Positions 1 through 9,303 of a stretch of 64,000 nt of DNA are shown in pieces (positions within the stretch are counted from its first letter, which is position 1; each line of letters starts with the position of its first letter). The notes under the pieces are model-generated. The model had not been told where the DNA came from. It worked only from the letters and a program-made list of their open reading frames with translations, and searched no databases. A program made the translations under genes and the position numbers. Source of the DNA: an uncultured Gammaproteobacteria bacterium (GTDB lineage: Bacteria > Patescibacteriota > Patescibacteriia > UBA1558 > 2-01-FULL-52-15); the NCBI GenBank assembly GCA_964540995.1, contig CAZIOU010000003.1, forward strand, positions 576 to 64,575. The letters are read 5' to 3'.

Positions 1-1
1 T

Positions 2-1048
2 ATGAATATGTTGGAGTTCTTCAATCCCGAACAGAAGACCTTGGTTATCAACGAAGTGATCAATATTTTTGATAAACTGTATGATTTGCGGAAAACTGGT
101 GGTCCGATGTTTGAACAATATCTCCGCAACACCATTTTATTGATGATGGAAGATGTCGAATCAGGCTCGAGTTTGATGGAAGTTTCCAAAGTGTTGTCGG
201 ATGAAGAATTCCGTCGCTACAAATTATCCAAATCAACCAACCAAGTGATTCGTGATTTTTGGCTCAAAGAAGCACACAAAGCCGGCGGTGAAGCGGCGCT
301 GGCCAATATGGTTCCCTACGTCACGAGTAAGTTGACGCAATTTGTAGCCAACGATATAATGAGACCAATAGTTGCACAGCAACAAAGCTCTTTTAATTTC
401 CGGCAGGTGATGGACGAGAATAAAATATTATTGGTCAACTTATCCAAAGGTAAAATTGGTGAGATGAACAGTAATTTATTGGGATTGATCGTTGTCAGTA
501 AATTATTAATTGCTGCTTTGTCACGAGTTGACGAAGCGGAGGATAAACGCTCTGATTTCTATCTCTATATTGATGAATTTCAGAATTTCTTGACCGATAG
601 TATTGCTGTCATTTTGTCTGAAGCTCGGAAGTATAAGCTCAATCTCGTAGTAGCCCATCAATATATCAACCAATTAGTTAAGGATGGAGACACCAAGATA
701 CGTGATGCGGTATTTGGCAACGTTGGTACCAAAGTTGCTTTCCGTGTCGGCCCCGAGGACGCGGAATTTCTCGATAAGCAGTTTGCGCCTGTCTTCACCC
801 AGTATGATTTGATCAATATTCCCAAGCAGCAAGCCTATATTAAATTGTTAGTTGATAATCAGAATCCGCCGGCCTTCAATTTCCGTCCGGCACCACCGCA
901 GTCAGGAGATCGAAATCGTGCTACAATGATACGAGAGCTATCACGTATGAAATACGGACGGCCGAAAGAGCAAATAGAAATGGAATTACGCGCACGTGCG
1001 CAACGGCAGTCACCACCAGCGGCAGCGACAACCGCCGCAGTAAAATAA
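2..1048 (+). CDS. 5'-truncated CDS; C-terminal part of a TraG/VirD4/TraD-like type IV secretion coupling ATPase (weak call)
   Basis: ORF runs in from the window edge. Motifs 'ILLVNLSKGKIGE', 'YIDEFQNF' (Walker-B-like) and 'ARKYKLNLVVAHQYINQL' resemble the C-terminal region of coupling proteins. Assigned from memory of the family only. Confidence 0.4.
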   Translation: MNMLEFFNPEQKTLVINEVINIFDKLYDLRKTGGPMFEQYLRNTILLMMEDVESGSSLMEVSKVLSDEEFRRYKLSKSTNQVIRDFWLKEAHKAGGEAALANMVPYVTSKLTQFVANDIMRPIVAQQQSSFNFRQVMDENKILLVNLSKGKIGEMNSNLLGLIVVSKLLIAALSRVDEAEDKRSDFYLYIDEFQNFLTDSIAVILSEARKYKLNLVVAHQYINQLVKDGDTKIRDAVFGNVGTKVAFRVGPEDAEFLDKQFAPVFTQYDLINIPKQQAYIKLLVDNQNPPAFNFRPAPPQSGDRNRATMIRELSRMKYGRPKEQIEMELRARAQRQSPPAAATTAAVK

Positions 1049-1105
1049 AGACCACAATAAAATTGCTGACGCTTCCTTCCCCGAAGGAGACGTGAGTCAA
1101 AACAA

Positions 1106-1675
1106 ATGTCCAAAGTTAAGAAAATTCAAGAACTAGAAGACTTCATTCATCGACAGGAGTTAGAGCTTAAGAAGATGAAAGTTGTGTTAGCTGAAATGAT
1201 GGGTCAAGGATCGACTCAGGCTGTTGATTATGCTATCAAAGCCCAAGAAGTTGGTCGTGAAGCGACGAGTGATGAAGGTAAAGTCATTGAAGGTGTTTTC
1301 GATGGTCAGAATATGATTGGTCCTGATGGTAAGGTCTATTCGGTGCCGGCTAACTATGCTTCCAAGTCCAAATTGGCTGAAGGTGATATTTTGAAATTAG
1401 TCATTGACGGTCAAGGTAACTTTATCTACAAGCAGATCGGCCCCGTAGAGCGTAAACGCTTGATGGGTGTCTTGGCCCGTGATCAGGACAAAGGTGACTA
1501 TATTGTGGTTGTTGATGATCATCTGTTCCGTGTACTGACGGCTAGTATTACCTATTACAAAGGCGAAGAAGGCGACCAAGTAGTTATCCTCGTGCCCAAA
1601 GACGCGGATAGCAAGTGGGCAGCAGTGGAAAATATCATCAAACGCAGTCTTTTCCCCAACCAAAGTTACAATTAA
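1106..1675 (+). CDS. hypothetical protein with coiled-coil N-terminus
   Basis: 189-aa ORF, AAGGAG upstream, no recognisable family. Confidence 0.5.
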   Translation: MSKVKKIQELEDFIHRQELELKKMKVVLAEMMGQGSTQAVDYAIKAQEVGREATSDEGKVIEGVFDGQNMIGPDGKVYSVPANYASKSKLAEGDILKLVIDGQGNFIYKQIGPVERKRLMGVLARDQDKGDYIVVVDDHLFRVLTASITYYKGEEGDQVVILVPKDADSKWAAVENIIKRSLFPNQSYN

Positions 1676-1744
1676 ATTGCCACCTTTTGATAGGTGTTCG
1701 GCTTGACTTGCCTAAGGCAAGTTTATTTATTACTATAGGAGTCT

Positions 1745-3238
1745 ATGGCAGTTCTCTATCGTAAATATCGACCCCAAAGTTTCAACACGGTAGTGGGTCA
1801 AAATCATATCAAAACGACGCTGGCTGGTGAGATCATGAGCGGTCATTTGGCGCACGCTTATCTTTTCGTCGGGCCGCGTGGTACCGGTAAGACGACTCTG
1901 GCGCGTCTGTTTGCTCGGGCGATCAACTGTTCCAAACGTTCGGCTGATTCGGCCGAACCATGTAATAGTTGCGAGATGTGTCAACAGATTTTGGCGGGCC
2001 GCTCAATGGATATTATGGAGATCGATGCCGCTACTCATACACAAGTTGATAATGTCCGTGAAAATATAATTGCTAATGCCCAGGTGCCACCGTACAACAG
2101 TAAGGGGTATAAGGTATTTATCATCGATGAAGTACATATGTTATCCAAGGCGGCTTTCAATGCCTTGTTGAAAACCATGGAAGAACCGCCAGAGCGAGTA
2201 GTATTCATATTAGCTACGACCGAAATTCGTAAAGTACCAGAAACCATTATTTCGCGTTGTCAGCGTTTTGATTTCAAGAAGATCCCGACTATTTCCATTA
2301 TCGAACGCTTACAGTCGATCGCCAACCAAGAGCAGATTACGGTGCCGGCGGAAGTTCTGGCTGCTGTTGCTCGCCGCTCAGAAGGTGGTATGCGTGATGC
2401 AGAATCGATACTAGGTCAAATAGTAAGTTTAGCAGAAGATAAGAAGGTGACTGAAGAAATTGCTTACCTTGTTTTACCACGCAGTAATTGGTCGGATGTG
2501 GAGATCATCCTCGACAATCTGCAGGTGCGTAATGTGCAGCAAGCACTTAAGCATTTACACCAGTTAGTTCGCGAAGGGATAGACGTTGATGATCTGGCTT
2601 CTGATCTGGTGGAGTACACGCGTCAGATATTATTGGCGCAAGTGATGGGTCTGGCCTACAGTCCCGATATTGAAGAGCAACGGATTGCTAAGATTCGTGA
2701 GCTGGCTGGCCGTTTCAGTAGCAAAGAATTGGTGCAACTATTAGAAATATTTCTGGACAAAGCAGCTGAGACCAAATCAGCGATGATACCGCAGTTACCT
2801 TTGGAATTGGGTATTGTGGAGTTTTGCCAAGACGCTATTGTTAGCTCCGAGCCTATTGTGGAGCGACCAGTTATTGAAACGACTCAGACAGCTACTATCA
2901 CCCCGACTATGAATACCAGTACCTGGATGTCTATATTAGATGCTCTGAAACCGCACAATCATTCGCTGTCAGCCTTTATGAAGGTTGGTCATCCGATTAG
3001 TTTGGATAAAAATGTATTGACCATTGGATTTGAATACGATTTTCACGCCGAGCGAGTCCGCGAAAGCAAGAATAAGCAGACAGCCCAACAAATTATCAGC
3101 GATGTGCTGGGTCAGAAGATTGCTATTGATGCAGTAGTAGATAAGAATTATCAGGCCAATCATCAGAAGTTTAATGGTGGCCAAGACAAAGAAGTAGAAG
3201 ATGTTTTGGGTGTACTGGGTGGAGGAGAGATGGTTTAA
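1745..3238 (+). CDS. dnaX: DNA polymerase III subunit gamma/tau
   Basis: N-terminus 'YRKYRPQSF..VVGQ', Walker A 'GPRGTGKTT', clamp-loader box 'IIDEVHML'. SD-like 'TAGGAG' immediately upstream. Confidence 0.95.
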   Translation: MAVLYRKYRPQSFNTVVGQNHIKTTLAGEIMSGHLAHAYLFVGPRGTGKTTLARLFARAINCSKRSADSAEPCNSCEMCQQILAGRSMDIMEIDAATHTQVDNVRENIIANAQVPPYNSKGYKVFIIDEVHMLSKAAFNALLKTMEEPPERVVFILATTEIRKVPETIISRCQRFDFKKIPTISIIERLQSIANQEQITVPAEVLAAVARRSEGGMRDAESILGQIVSLAEDKKVTEEIAYLVLPRSNWSDVEIILDNLQVRNVQQALKHLHQLVREGIDVDDLASDLVEYTRQILLAQVMGLAYSPDIEEQRIAKIRELAGRFSSKELVQLLEIFLDKAAETKSAMIPQLPLELGIVEFCQDAIVSSEPIVERPVIETTQTATITPTMNTSTWMSILDALKPHNHSLSAFMKVGHPISLDKNVLTIGFEYDFHAERVRESKNKQTAQQIISDVLGQKIAIDAVVDKNYQANHQKFNGGQDKEVEDVLGVLGGGEMV

Positions 3239-3369
3239 TAAACTAGGCTTTAGGCGTTAGGTTTTTAGTTGTAGGACGTAGGGAAATCGTTACAGCAATA
3301 AATTTTTGTAAATGAATAGAGGAGCTCCGAATGGATGCTCCTCTATATGTTGGCCGTATTCGGCCAGCG

Positions 3370-3582
3370 CTATTGCGTGAACTGGTAGCCGTTGGGCGGG
3401 GTGACGCGGGCCGTGTCGCATTGAGCAGCGACGGTCTGGGTGGCCAAGTTTCTGGCCGCCAGACGCTCCTTCCCGATCTTGCCGGCTTCATGCATGACGA
3501 AGGCGCCGACAGCCATGATAACCAGGAAGAAAATCAAACCGGCTTCATTTTCGTCGATCATGTCGAGATCCTTTCTGATCAA
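3370..3582 (-). CDS. possible small membrane protein (alternative TTG start)
   Basis: 70-aa ORF with one hydrophobic helix 'GLIFFLVIMAVGAFV', in a locally GC-rich segment. It overlaps a 98-aa plus-strand ORF, so strand and reality are uncertain. Confidence 0.25.
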   Translation of the reverse strand: MIRKDLDMIDENEAGLIFFLVIMAVGAFVMHEAGKIGKERLAARNLATQTVAAQCDTARVTPPNGYQFTQ

Positions 3583-3652
3583 TGCCTAGCGAAACGGCTA
3601 GTTCGTGTACTAATTACTACATATTAGCACGATTATGTTTATTTGTCAAGTG

Positions 3653-4075
3653 TTACTTCAACGTCATCAATATTGCCCCGCCAGTTATCAACAGGGCGCC
3701 GATGGCAGAGTACCAGGATAATTTCTCACCCAAGAAGACTACGGCTAAGATCAGGACGAAGACGACACTCAGTCGGTCAAGTGCGGCTACCCCAGATGCA
3801 GGGCCAGCTTTGAGTGCGTTGAAATAGAACAGCCACGATAGCGCGCCGGCGACTCCGGCCAGGATGATATAGAGCCACGCTTTGCCTTGAATAGTATGGA
3901 GTTGTTGAAATTTATTCAATGACAGAGCAACTATCGTCAGGAATATGGCCATGATGATCGAGCGAACTGTCGTTGCTAAGGTAGTATCGATATTTTTGAT
4001 ACCCAGTTTACCGAAGATGGCTACTCCCGCGGCTGATATGGCCGATAGAAGTGCATAGATGATCCAGAGAGACAT
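3653..4075 (-). CDS. small DMT/EamA-family transporter (4 TM)
   Basis: 140 aa with four hydrophobic helices and an EamA-like pattern. Confidence 0.55.
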   Translation of the reverse strand: MSLWIIYALLSAISAAGVAIFGKLGIKNIDTTLATTVRSIIMAIFLTIVALSLNKFQQLHTIQGKAWLYIILAGVAGALSWLFYFNALKAGPASGVAALDRLSVVFVLILAVVFLGEKLSWYSAIGALLITGGAILMTLK

Positions 4076-4165
4076 ACTATTAGTATAAGGTATTTGGTAT
4101 AAAGTATAAAGTTCACCCCGTTAGATTTGAAGATATCTAGCGGGGTGACTTAGTCATAGACCGTA

Positions 4166-4193
4166 TTGACGTCAGTGTTGAATGATTTATAAT
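4166..4193 (+). promoter_or_regulatory. sigma70-like promoter (TTGACG, 16 bp spacer, TATAAT)
   Basis: TTGACG at 4166-4171 and TATAAT at 4188-4193, about 35 nt upstream of the 4228 ATG. Confidence 0.5.
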
Positions 4194-4227
4194 ACTGAAA
4201 ACAGGGGCTAATTACTAAAGCATAATT

Positions 4228-4572
4228 ATGCCAAAGAAACGTCAAAACACTATTACCCTTAATCAATTGGCCACCCTCATCAAAGGGGTTGAACAATCAG
4301 TAAGGGGTGATATATCGGGTATTAAAGGTGAGCTCAAAAATTTAAATAGTAGGGTCGATGAGGGGCTTACTAAGACCACTAAAACCTACCATACCCTAAA
4401 TGATTTAGCTTTGATGATCAAAAAGGGTTTTGACGCCACACCCACGAGGGAAGAAATGAATCACAGATTTAATCAAGTTGATAAACGATTTGATGCGGTA
4501 GAGAAGCGATTAACCAGCTTGGAGCAAAATAATTCCATCGTTCAGCGTGTCAAAGATGCATTAGCATTATAA
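4228..4572 (+). CDS. hypothetical coiled-coil protein
   Basis: 114-aa ORF bracketed by a good promoter and a strong terminator. Confidence 0.5.
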   Translation: MPKKRQNTITLNQLATLIKGVEQSVRGDISGIKGELKNLNSRVDEGLTKTTKTYHTLNDLALMIKKGFDATPTREEMNHRFNQVDKRFDAVEKRLTSLEQNNSIVQRVKDALAL

Positions 4573-4582
4573 TAATTTATGA

Positions 4583-4620
4583 AAACCCGAAGAGTTTGCG
4601 TTAGCCTTCGGGTTTTTTAT
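4583..4620 (+). terminator. rho-independent terminator
   Basis: Stem AAACCCGAAG..CTTCGGGTTT followed by TTTTTAT. Confidence 0.75.
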
Positions 4621-4674
4621 TTCCTTGTACAGGAAAGATTAATTCATGGTATAATAAGCCTGTTAAAATCTGTT

Positions 4675-6453
4675 GTGACGAAAACAAAAATACAACTGAT
4701 CTCTTCTTGGAAACAGTTTGCTGCCTTAGCTTTCGTAGCTGCGGTGGTTGTTCTATTTCCGCATAGTAGTCACGCCGCTTCACTCTACATAAGCCCTTCA
4801 TCCGGCAAGATTAGTGCCGATGGTAACATTACCGTCGGTGTTTATGTTAATAGCGAAGGTCGTGCAGTCAATAATGCCGAGGGTACCATTAGCTTCCCCG
4901 AAGATACCTTAGAAGTTATCTCGCTCAATCGAGCTGGATCAATCCTGTCTATTTGGGTTGAAGAACCAAATTTTTCCAATGATTCTGGTCGTATTTCTTT
5001 TAACGGTGGTTTACCAACGCCAGGATTCAATGGTACTGGCGGTAAGATTTTTTCAGTCACCTTTCACGCCAAGAAGTCGGGGAGCGCTTTGCTTTCATTC
5101 CCAGCTGCTTCTGTCTTGGCCAATGACGGTCTTGGCACTAATGTACTAAGTGGCACGGGTAGCGCTAATTTCACCATTGATGGCGGCACACCTCCTCCAG
5201 CCGAGACTCCGCCACCAGCACCAGTCACACCTCCAGTGACACCGCCAGCAGAAACTCCTCCAGTTAATAGCAATGTGCCACGAGCGCCATTGGTAAGCTC
5301 TGGTTCACATCCAGATCAGAATAGTTGGTACAACCAAAGTACGGCTTCTTTCCGTTGGGTGTTGCCTTCCGGCATAACTTCAGCACGTACTAAGATCAAT
5401 CAAGAAGCCAACTTCACTCCGACCGTAACCTATAGTCCAGCTATCAGTTCCAAATCAGTTAGTGATATTACTGACGGTGTGTGGTATTTCCATGTACAAT
5501 TACGCAATCAAGCTGGTTGGGGCGGTATAGCTCACTATCGTATTCAGGTTGACACGACTGCGCCCAAACCATTCGACATTCTGTTGCAAGATGGTGGATC
5601 GACGAGTAAGCCGGTAATTACTTTCGCGGCACAAGATGATGTCTCTGGTGTCGATCATTATGATGTTATTATCGACAAAGGTAATCCGATACGCGTCACC
5701 GAAAGTACTTACACTCTAGATTCTTTGGCCAGCGGTAGCCATAACGTAGAGGTACGTGCTTATGATCGTGCGGGTAATGTCACTACTAGTACCAAAGATA
5801 TCTCGATACTTTCAGTTTCTAGTCCGATCATCACCGATTACAGTCGTGAAGTAGAGTCAGGAGCTAAGATTGATGTCAGAGGAACGGCACTTGCTAATGT
5901 AACGATCAAAGTCTATATCCAACGCGATGGTCTGACGATTAGCAGTCGTGAGGTTAAGAGTGACGCTCAAGGTAATTGGTCATCAAGCGACAAAGCGCCG
6001 AGTGAACGTGGTGCCTATGAATTGTGGGCGGAAGCTATCGATGCTGCGGGAGTCAAGAGTGCACCATCGGATAAGTTAGCATTAACAGTCACCCTACCAA
6101 TCTTCGTCCGCATCGGTCAATTAGCAGTTGATTATCTGACTACTGTTGTTACCTTGATATTCTTAGTCATACTATTGTGCTTGATAATCATCTTCTTGAG
6201 CCGTAAGTTCTGGTTATGGCACAAACGTAGCTCGACTGATGTGCGTTATATCGAGCAAAGTGTCGAGACCGCTTTCCGAGCGTTGAGTACCAAGATTAAT
6301 GAACAGATAGAATATCTTGATGGCAAGTCCGGTCTGACCAAAGATGAACGGCGGGTTCGTGACCGCTTACAACAGGCCTTGGGTGTCTGTGAAAGTTTCA
6401 TTACGAAGCGCGTCAAGAAGCTGAGCAGCAAGAGTCGTAAAGGTCGTTCCTAG
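4675..6453 (+). CDS. membrane-anchored cell-surface protein: cohesin-like N-terminal domain, Pro/Thr-rich linker, Ig-like repeats, C-terminal TM and basic tail
   Basis: The ORF track begins at 4579 inside the upstream terminator. An extended -10 (TGgTATAAT, 4647-4655) and an in-frame GTG at 4675 give a plausible signal peptide (MTKTKIQLISSWKQFAALAFVAAVVVLFPHSSHA). Linker PPPAETPPPAPVTPPVTPPAETPP; C-terminal helix VVTLIFLVILLCLIIIFL. Confidence 0.6.
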   Translation: MTKTKIQLISSWKQFAALAFVAAVVVLFPHSSHAASLYISPSSGKISADGNITVGVYVNSEGRAVNNAEGTISFPEDTLEVISLNRAGSILSIWVEEPNFSNDSGRISFNGGLPTPGFNGTGGKIFSVTFHAKKSGSALLSFPAASVLANDGLGTNVLSGTGSANFTIDGGTPPPAETPPPAPVTPPVTPPAETPPVNSNVPRAPLVSSGSHPDQNSWYNQSTASFRWVLPSGITSARTKINQEANFTPTVTYSPAISSKSVSDITDGVWYFHVQLRNQAGWGGIAHYRIQVDTTAPKPFDILLQDGGSTSKPVITFAAQDDVSGVDHYDVIIDKGNPIRVTESTYTLDSLASGSHNVEVRAYDRAGNVTTSTKDISILSVSSPIITDYSREVESGAKIDVRGTALANVTIKVYIQRDGLTISSREVKSDAQGNWSSSDKAPSERGAYELWAEAIDAAGVKSAPSDKLALTVTLPIFVRIGQLAVDYLTTVVTLIFLVILLCLIIIFLSRKFWLWHKRSSTDVRYIEQSVETAFRALSTKINEQIEYLDGKSGLTKDERRVRDRLQQALGVCESFITKRVKKLSSKSRKGRS

Positions 6454-6465
6454 TTAGAGCTCATC

Positions 6466-6491
6466 GAGACCCCCGTAAGGGGGTCTTTTGG
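6466..6491 (+). terminator. rho-independent terminator
   Basis: GAGACCCCCGTAAGGGGGTCTTTTGG. Confidence 0.7.
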
Positions 6492-6560
6492 GTAGTGTAA
6501 TAATAGGTCGTATCGTACGTCTTCAATAGTAGCGAACTTATAATTTATCAATATTAACCT

Positions 6561-7052
6561 ATGAAACGAGCTATTATTTCCATCCTTGTCACTATTGTGG
6601 CTTTGGGCGGAATCATCTATTTTGGTTATCAGAGCAGCTGGTGGCAGAATCCGTCACCAACCGCCGTAGTGCCAGAAGCCGAAGTAAAAACCCCTGTTGT
6701 CGAGGCTGCCAGTACTAAAGTGGTTTCACAGAAAAATAAAGAAGAAAAAGATTTTAATAAGAAAACCTACCAACAGTTAGTAGCAGAGTACAAAGGTCGT
6801 AGATTTCAAATTCAGGATTGTACCTCAACTCCTAACCAAGTTACTTTCAAGAGCGGTACCACCATCATGTTAGATGGTTTCTCCGCCGATCCACAGAAGA
6901 TAACTATCGGGACTCAATCGGTGGTTTTGAACGGTTATGACGTAGCCTTCATGACATTGAAGAGTACCAAATTACCGACAACGTTGACGATTGATTGTCT
7001 CTGGCTTGATCAACCTCAATACAATATAGCGACTATTTTACTCCAAGCCTAA
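6561..7052 (+). CDS. hypothetical N-terminally anchored protein
   Basis: 163 aa with an N-terminal TM helix. Confidence 0.5.
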   Translation: MKRAIISILVTIVALGGIIYFGYQSSWWQNPSPTAVVPEAEVKTPVVEAASTKVVSQKNKEEKDFNKKTYQQLVAEYKGRRFQIQDCTSTPNQVTFKSGTTIMLDGFSADPQKITIGTQSVVLNGYDVAFMTLKSTKLPTTLTIDCLWLDQPQYNIATILLQA

Positions 7053-7056
7053 TACC

Positions 7057-7090
7057 AAAACCACCTAGTTGAATGACTAGGTGGTTTTTT
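7057..7090. terminator. bidirectional hairpin terminator
   Basis: AAAACCACCTAGT..ACTAGGTGGTTTTTT, flanked by A-run and T-run, between convergent genes. Confidence 0.7.
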
Positions 7091-7099
7091 AGTTGGCAA

Positions 7100-7318
7100 T
7101 TATTTCTTACTACTGTGACTGGCAATCCAGTACCATAAGGTAGCTGCAGCCATGAAGTAGAGGAAGAACGGGTAGAGCAGATCAGTGACAGAGTGGGCGT
7201 TACGATTGAGCGCCAGAAATACGTTGATGATAAACAGTAAAGGCAAGATGGTTACTACCCAGCCCATTATTGAAATAGGGCAGTAGAGCCAACCGCACGA
7301 TTTGAACCAAGGTTTCAT
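7100..7318 (-). CDS. small 2-TM membrane protein
   Basis: 72 aa, two hydrophobic helices. Confidence 0.4.
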   Translation of the reverse strand: MKPWFKSCGWLYCPISIMGWVVTILPLLFIINVFLALNRNAHSVTDLLYPFFLYFMAAATLWYWIASHSSKK

Positions 7319-7336
7319 AGTACTGGAAGTATAGGC

Positions 7337-8461
7337 TTATATGGCATCGACGCCAATGGCCTGATGAATATTGTTGTAGCCATCTCGTCGTAGGAGTTCA
7401 ACTAAGCCATCATTAATTTGACCTGGCAGTTGTGGGCCTTGAAATATAAGGCCAGTGATTAATTGGATCAAGCTGGCTCCTAATTTGATTTTGGTATAAG
7501 CATCTTTAGCTGAGAAGACACCGCCACAGCCGATGATGATTAGTTGTTGGCCGTATTTCTGATAGGTTAACTTGATCAACTCATTGGAACGGTTCCAGGT
7601 TGGTTTACCACTAAAATTGCCTATTGGATATTTAGCTAGTTCTGCGGGTACGAATTCTGGTACGGTTCGATCTTTTTGTAAATTACCGATGATAACACCA
7701 GCGATTGGGAACTGACTGATGACTTCAACCATGGCTAACGTTTCCTCGTCATTTTTTTCAATCGGCATTTTGATGAACAGTGCCTTGGTCAGGTTCAAGG
7801 CCGTAACAGCGGCCAGTAATTCGCGCAGTCGCTCCGGTTCGTAGAAGCTGATATTACCGATCAGATTGGGACAGCTGATATTTAGTTCGTAATAACTAAA
7901 GGGGATAGAGGAAGCTTCAGTTTGGCGAAAGGAGGCGATGATATCTTCGATGGCTTGTTCTTGGGTCATGGCCTCGTTGGTATTAGTTTTTCCGATACTG
8001 ATACCGACCGGGTGATTGAATTGAAGTGGCTGCAATTTGGTTAAGGTCTTGCCGATACCACCATTCTTATAGCCCTTGTTGACCATTAGCGATCGTGAGC
8101 GTACCAGACGTCCCAGACGAGGCTTAGGATTGCCCTCATAGGCCTTCTGGGTGATGGTGCCGATACTTCCGAAGCCAAAGCCCATGCTGGGTAGTATTTG
8201 TGTCAGCTGAGCCAGATAATCAAATCCTGCTGATAATCCAATGGGATTAGCGAAGTGAATACCGGCAATAGTTTGTTCTAGTGATTTGTCCTTAACTTGC
8301 CACAGACCTGCCAATATCCGACGCATTATTTTTGACCGGCCCATAAGTTCACCTTGACTGACAAGGAATTCATGGATTGTTTCGGAATCAAATGAGAAAA
8401 AAACCGGGCGAATAATGTAACGGTATTTCCAAGCAAAGATACGCAGGAAAAGATGTTTCAT
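7337..8461 (-). CDS. pyrD: dihydroorotate dehydrogenase (quinone), class 2
   Basis: 'FANPIGLSAGFD', 'GFGFGSIGTIT..GNPKPR', 'NISCPN', 'IIGCGGVFSAKDA..LGASLIQLITGLIF.GP'. Confidence 0.85.
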   Translation of the reverse strand: MKHLFLRIFAWKYRYIIRPVFFSFDSETIHEFLVSQGELMGRSKIMRRILAGLWQVKDKSLEQTIAGIHFANPIGLSAGFDYLAQLTQILPSMGFGFGSIGTITQKAYEGNPKPRLGRLVRSRSLMVNKGYKNGGIGKTLTKLQPLQFNHPVGISIGKTNTNEAMTQEQAIEDIIASFRQTEASSIPFSYYELNISCPNLIGNISFYEPERLRELLAAVTALNLTKALFIKMPIEKNDEETLAMVEVISQFPIAGVIIGNLQKDRTVPEFVPAELAKYPIGNFSGKPTWNRSNELIKLTYQKYGQQLIIIGCGGVFSAKDAYTKIKLGASLIQLITGLIFQGPQLPGQINDGLVELLRRDGYNNIHQAIGVDAI

Positions 8462-8553
8462 ATTGAACTAATATGGCAGAAATAAGGGATAAAATCAACT
8501 GACAATCTCATTGACAATAAGACTAAATAATTGTATCTTTTCCTAGCAAATAT

Positions 8554-8640
8554 TCGGGGATCGCCACCCTTCGCTAAAGCTTCGGGCGGCAGGTCTAATG
8601 GTAGCCCACCAGAGGCGGGCAGGGACGACACGCGCGAGAA
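8554..8640 (+). pseudogene. decayed tRNA-Gln-like fragment with internal hairpin insertion
   Basis: Begins TCGGGGATCG (identical to the tRNA-Gln 5' end at 9025) and contains a D-loop-like AGGTCTAATGGTAG, interrupted by CCACCCTTCGCTAAAGCTTCGGGCGGC. Confidence 0.4.
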
Positions 8641-8728
8641 TTGTATTTAAAGTCAGGTATTGGCAGAGAAGAGAAACAAAAAATTATTACTTACTCGGGG
8701 ATCGTCTAATGGTAGGACGACAGGTTCT
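8638..8728 (+). repeat. 91-bp direct repeat copy 1 (leader plus tRNA-Gln 5' half to the anticodon loop)
   Basis: Near-identical (2 mismatches) to 8968-9058. Ends ...ACAGGTTCT inside the anticodon loop, then diverges into a perfect palindrome CCTGCCTGCCGGCAGGCAGG. Confidence 0.7.
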
Positions 8729-8766
8729 CCTGCCTGCCGGCAGGCAGGGGTCCTTCAAAGGGTTCG

Positions 8767-9039
8767 ATGGAGTTTAAAATGAAACACTGGGTATATATTC
8801 TGATAAGTGAGACTACAAAGAATTGGTCATATGTAGGTAGTACTTCAAACTTGCAAGAACGCCTATATAGACATAGTATTGGTAGGGTTAGTTCTACGAA
8901 AAGCAAGAGACCGTTGAAATGTATTTACAGTGAGATTCATTCTGACAGAACGCAGGCTTATAAACGGGAATTGTATTTAAAGTCGGGTATTGGTAGAGAA
9001 GAGAAACAAAAAATTATTACTTACTCGGGGATCGTCTAA
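8767..9039 (+). CDS. GIY-YIG nuclease family protein (small YhbQ/UPF0213-like)
   Basis: 'WVYILISE..SYVGSTSNLQERLYRH' GIY-YIG core. The ATG lies in a degenerate T-arm-like GGGTTCGATGG; the C-terminus is encoded by repeat copy 2. Confidence 0.75.
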   Translation: MEFKMKHWVYILISETTKNWSYVGSTSNLQERLYRHSIGRVSSTKSKRPLKCIYSEIHSDRTQAYKRELYLKSGIGREEKQKIITYSGIV

Positions 9040-9058
9040 TGGTAGGACGACAGGTTCT
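8968..9058 (+). repeat. 91-bp direct repeat copy 2 (overlaps GIY-YIG 3' end and the intact tRNA-Gln 5' half)
   Basis: See copy 1. Confidence 0.7.
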
Positions 9059-9098
9059 GGTCCTGTTAATTGGGGTTCGAGTCCCTATCCCCGAACCA
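9025..9098 (+). tRNA. tRNA-Gln (anticodon CUG)
   Basis: Hand-folded: acceptor UCGGGGA/UCCCCGA, U8, D-stem GUC/GAC with loop UAAUGGUAG, anticodon stem ACAGG/CCUGU with loop UUCUGGU, T-arm UGGGG-UUCGAGU-CCCUA, discriminator A, encoded CCA. Confidence 0.85.
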
Positions 9099-9162
9099 CC
9101 AGCCAGAGGCTGGTAAGGCGCGGCTACAAGGTAACTACTTTTCATTTAAATTATTATCAAAA

Positions 9163-9303
9163 CTTTTAGGGACTCGAACCCGGGAAGGGGTCGGGAAACG
9201 GGAGTTTCCCGTGGCGGAAGTACTGAAACCGAAGGGTTTCAGAATCACGCTTTAGCGTGATTGGGTTCTAGGAGTGAAACGACGGAGTCCCTATCCCCGA
9301 ACC
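9163..9303. pseudogene. tRNA-Gln-derived fragments (inverted T-arm copy; degenerate copy with insertions ending GAGTCCCTATCCCCGAACCA)
   Basis: 9163-9185 is the reverse complement of the tRNA-Gln T-arm. 9195-9303 has UCGGGAA ... UUGGGUUC[16-nt insert]GAGUCCCUAUCCCCGAACCA, identical over the last 20 nt to the real tRNA 3' end. Confidence 0.4.

Noticed and set aside
3331-3627. 98-aa plus-strand ORF in the GC-rich pocket after dnaX.
   Set aside because: It overlaps a minus-strand ORF that encodes a plausible TM helix. Its own product is Arg/Gly-rich low-complexity sequence. Neither ORF is secure, and only the minus one is listed, at low confidence.
4579-4674. Annotated ATG start at 4579 for the large surface protein.
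   Set aside because: That ATG lies inside the upstream gene's terminator hairpin and precedes the -10 element. The in-frame GTG at 4675 gives a canonical signal peptide instead.
9163-9185. Minus-strand tRNA suggested by the GGGTTCGAGTCCC T-loop motif in reverse complement.
   Set aside because: Only the T-arm is present; its stem pairs over 3 bp and no acceptor or anticodon arms can be built. It is an inverted fragment of tRNA-Gln.
9070-9255. 61-aa ORF downstream of tRNA-Gln.
   Set aside because: It spans tRNA 3'-end sequence and tRNA-derived repeat fragments and has no RBS.
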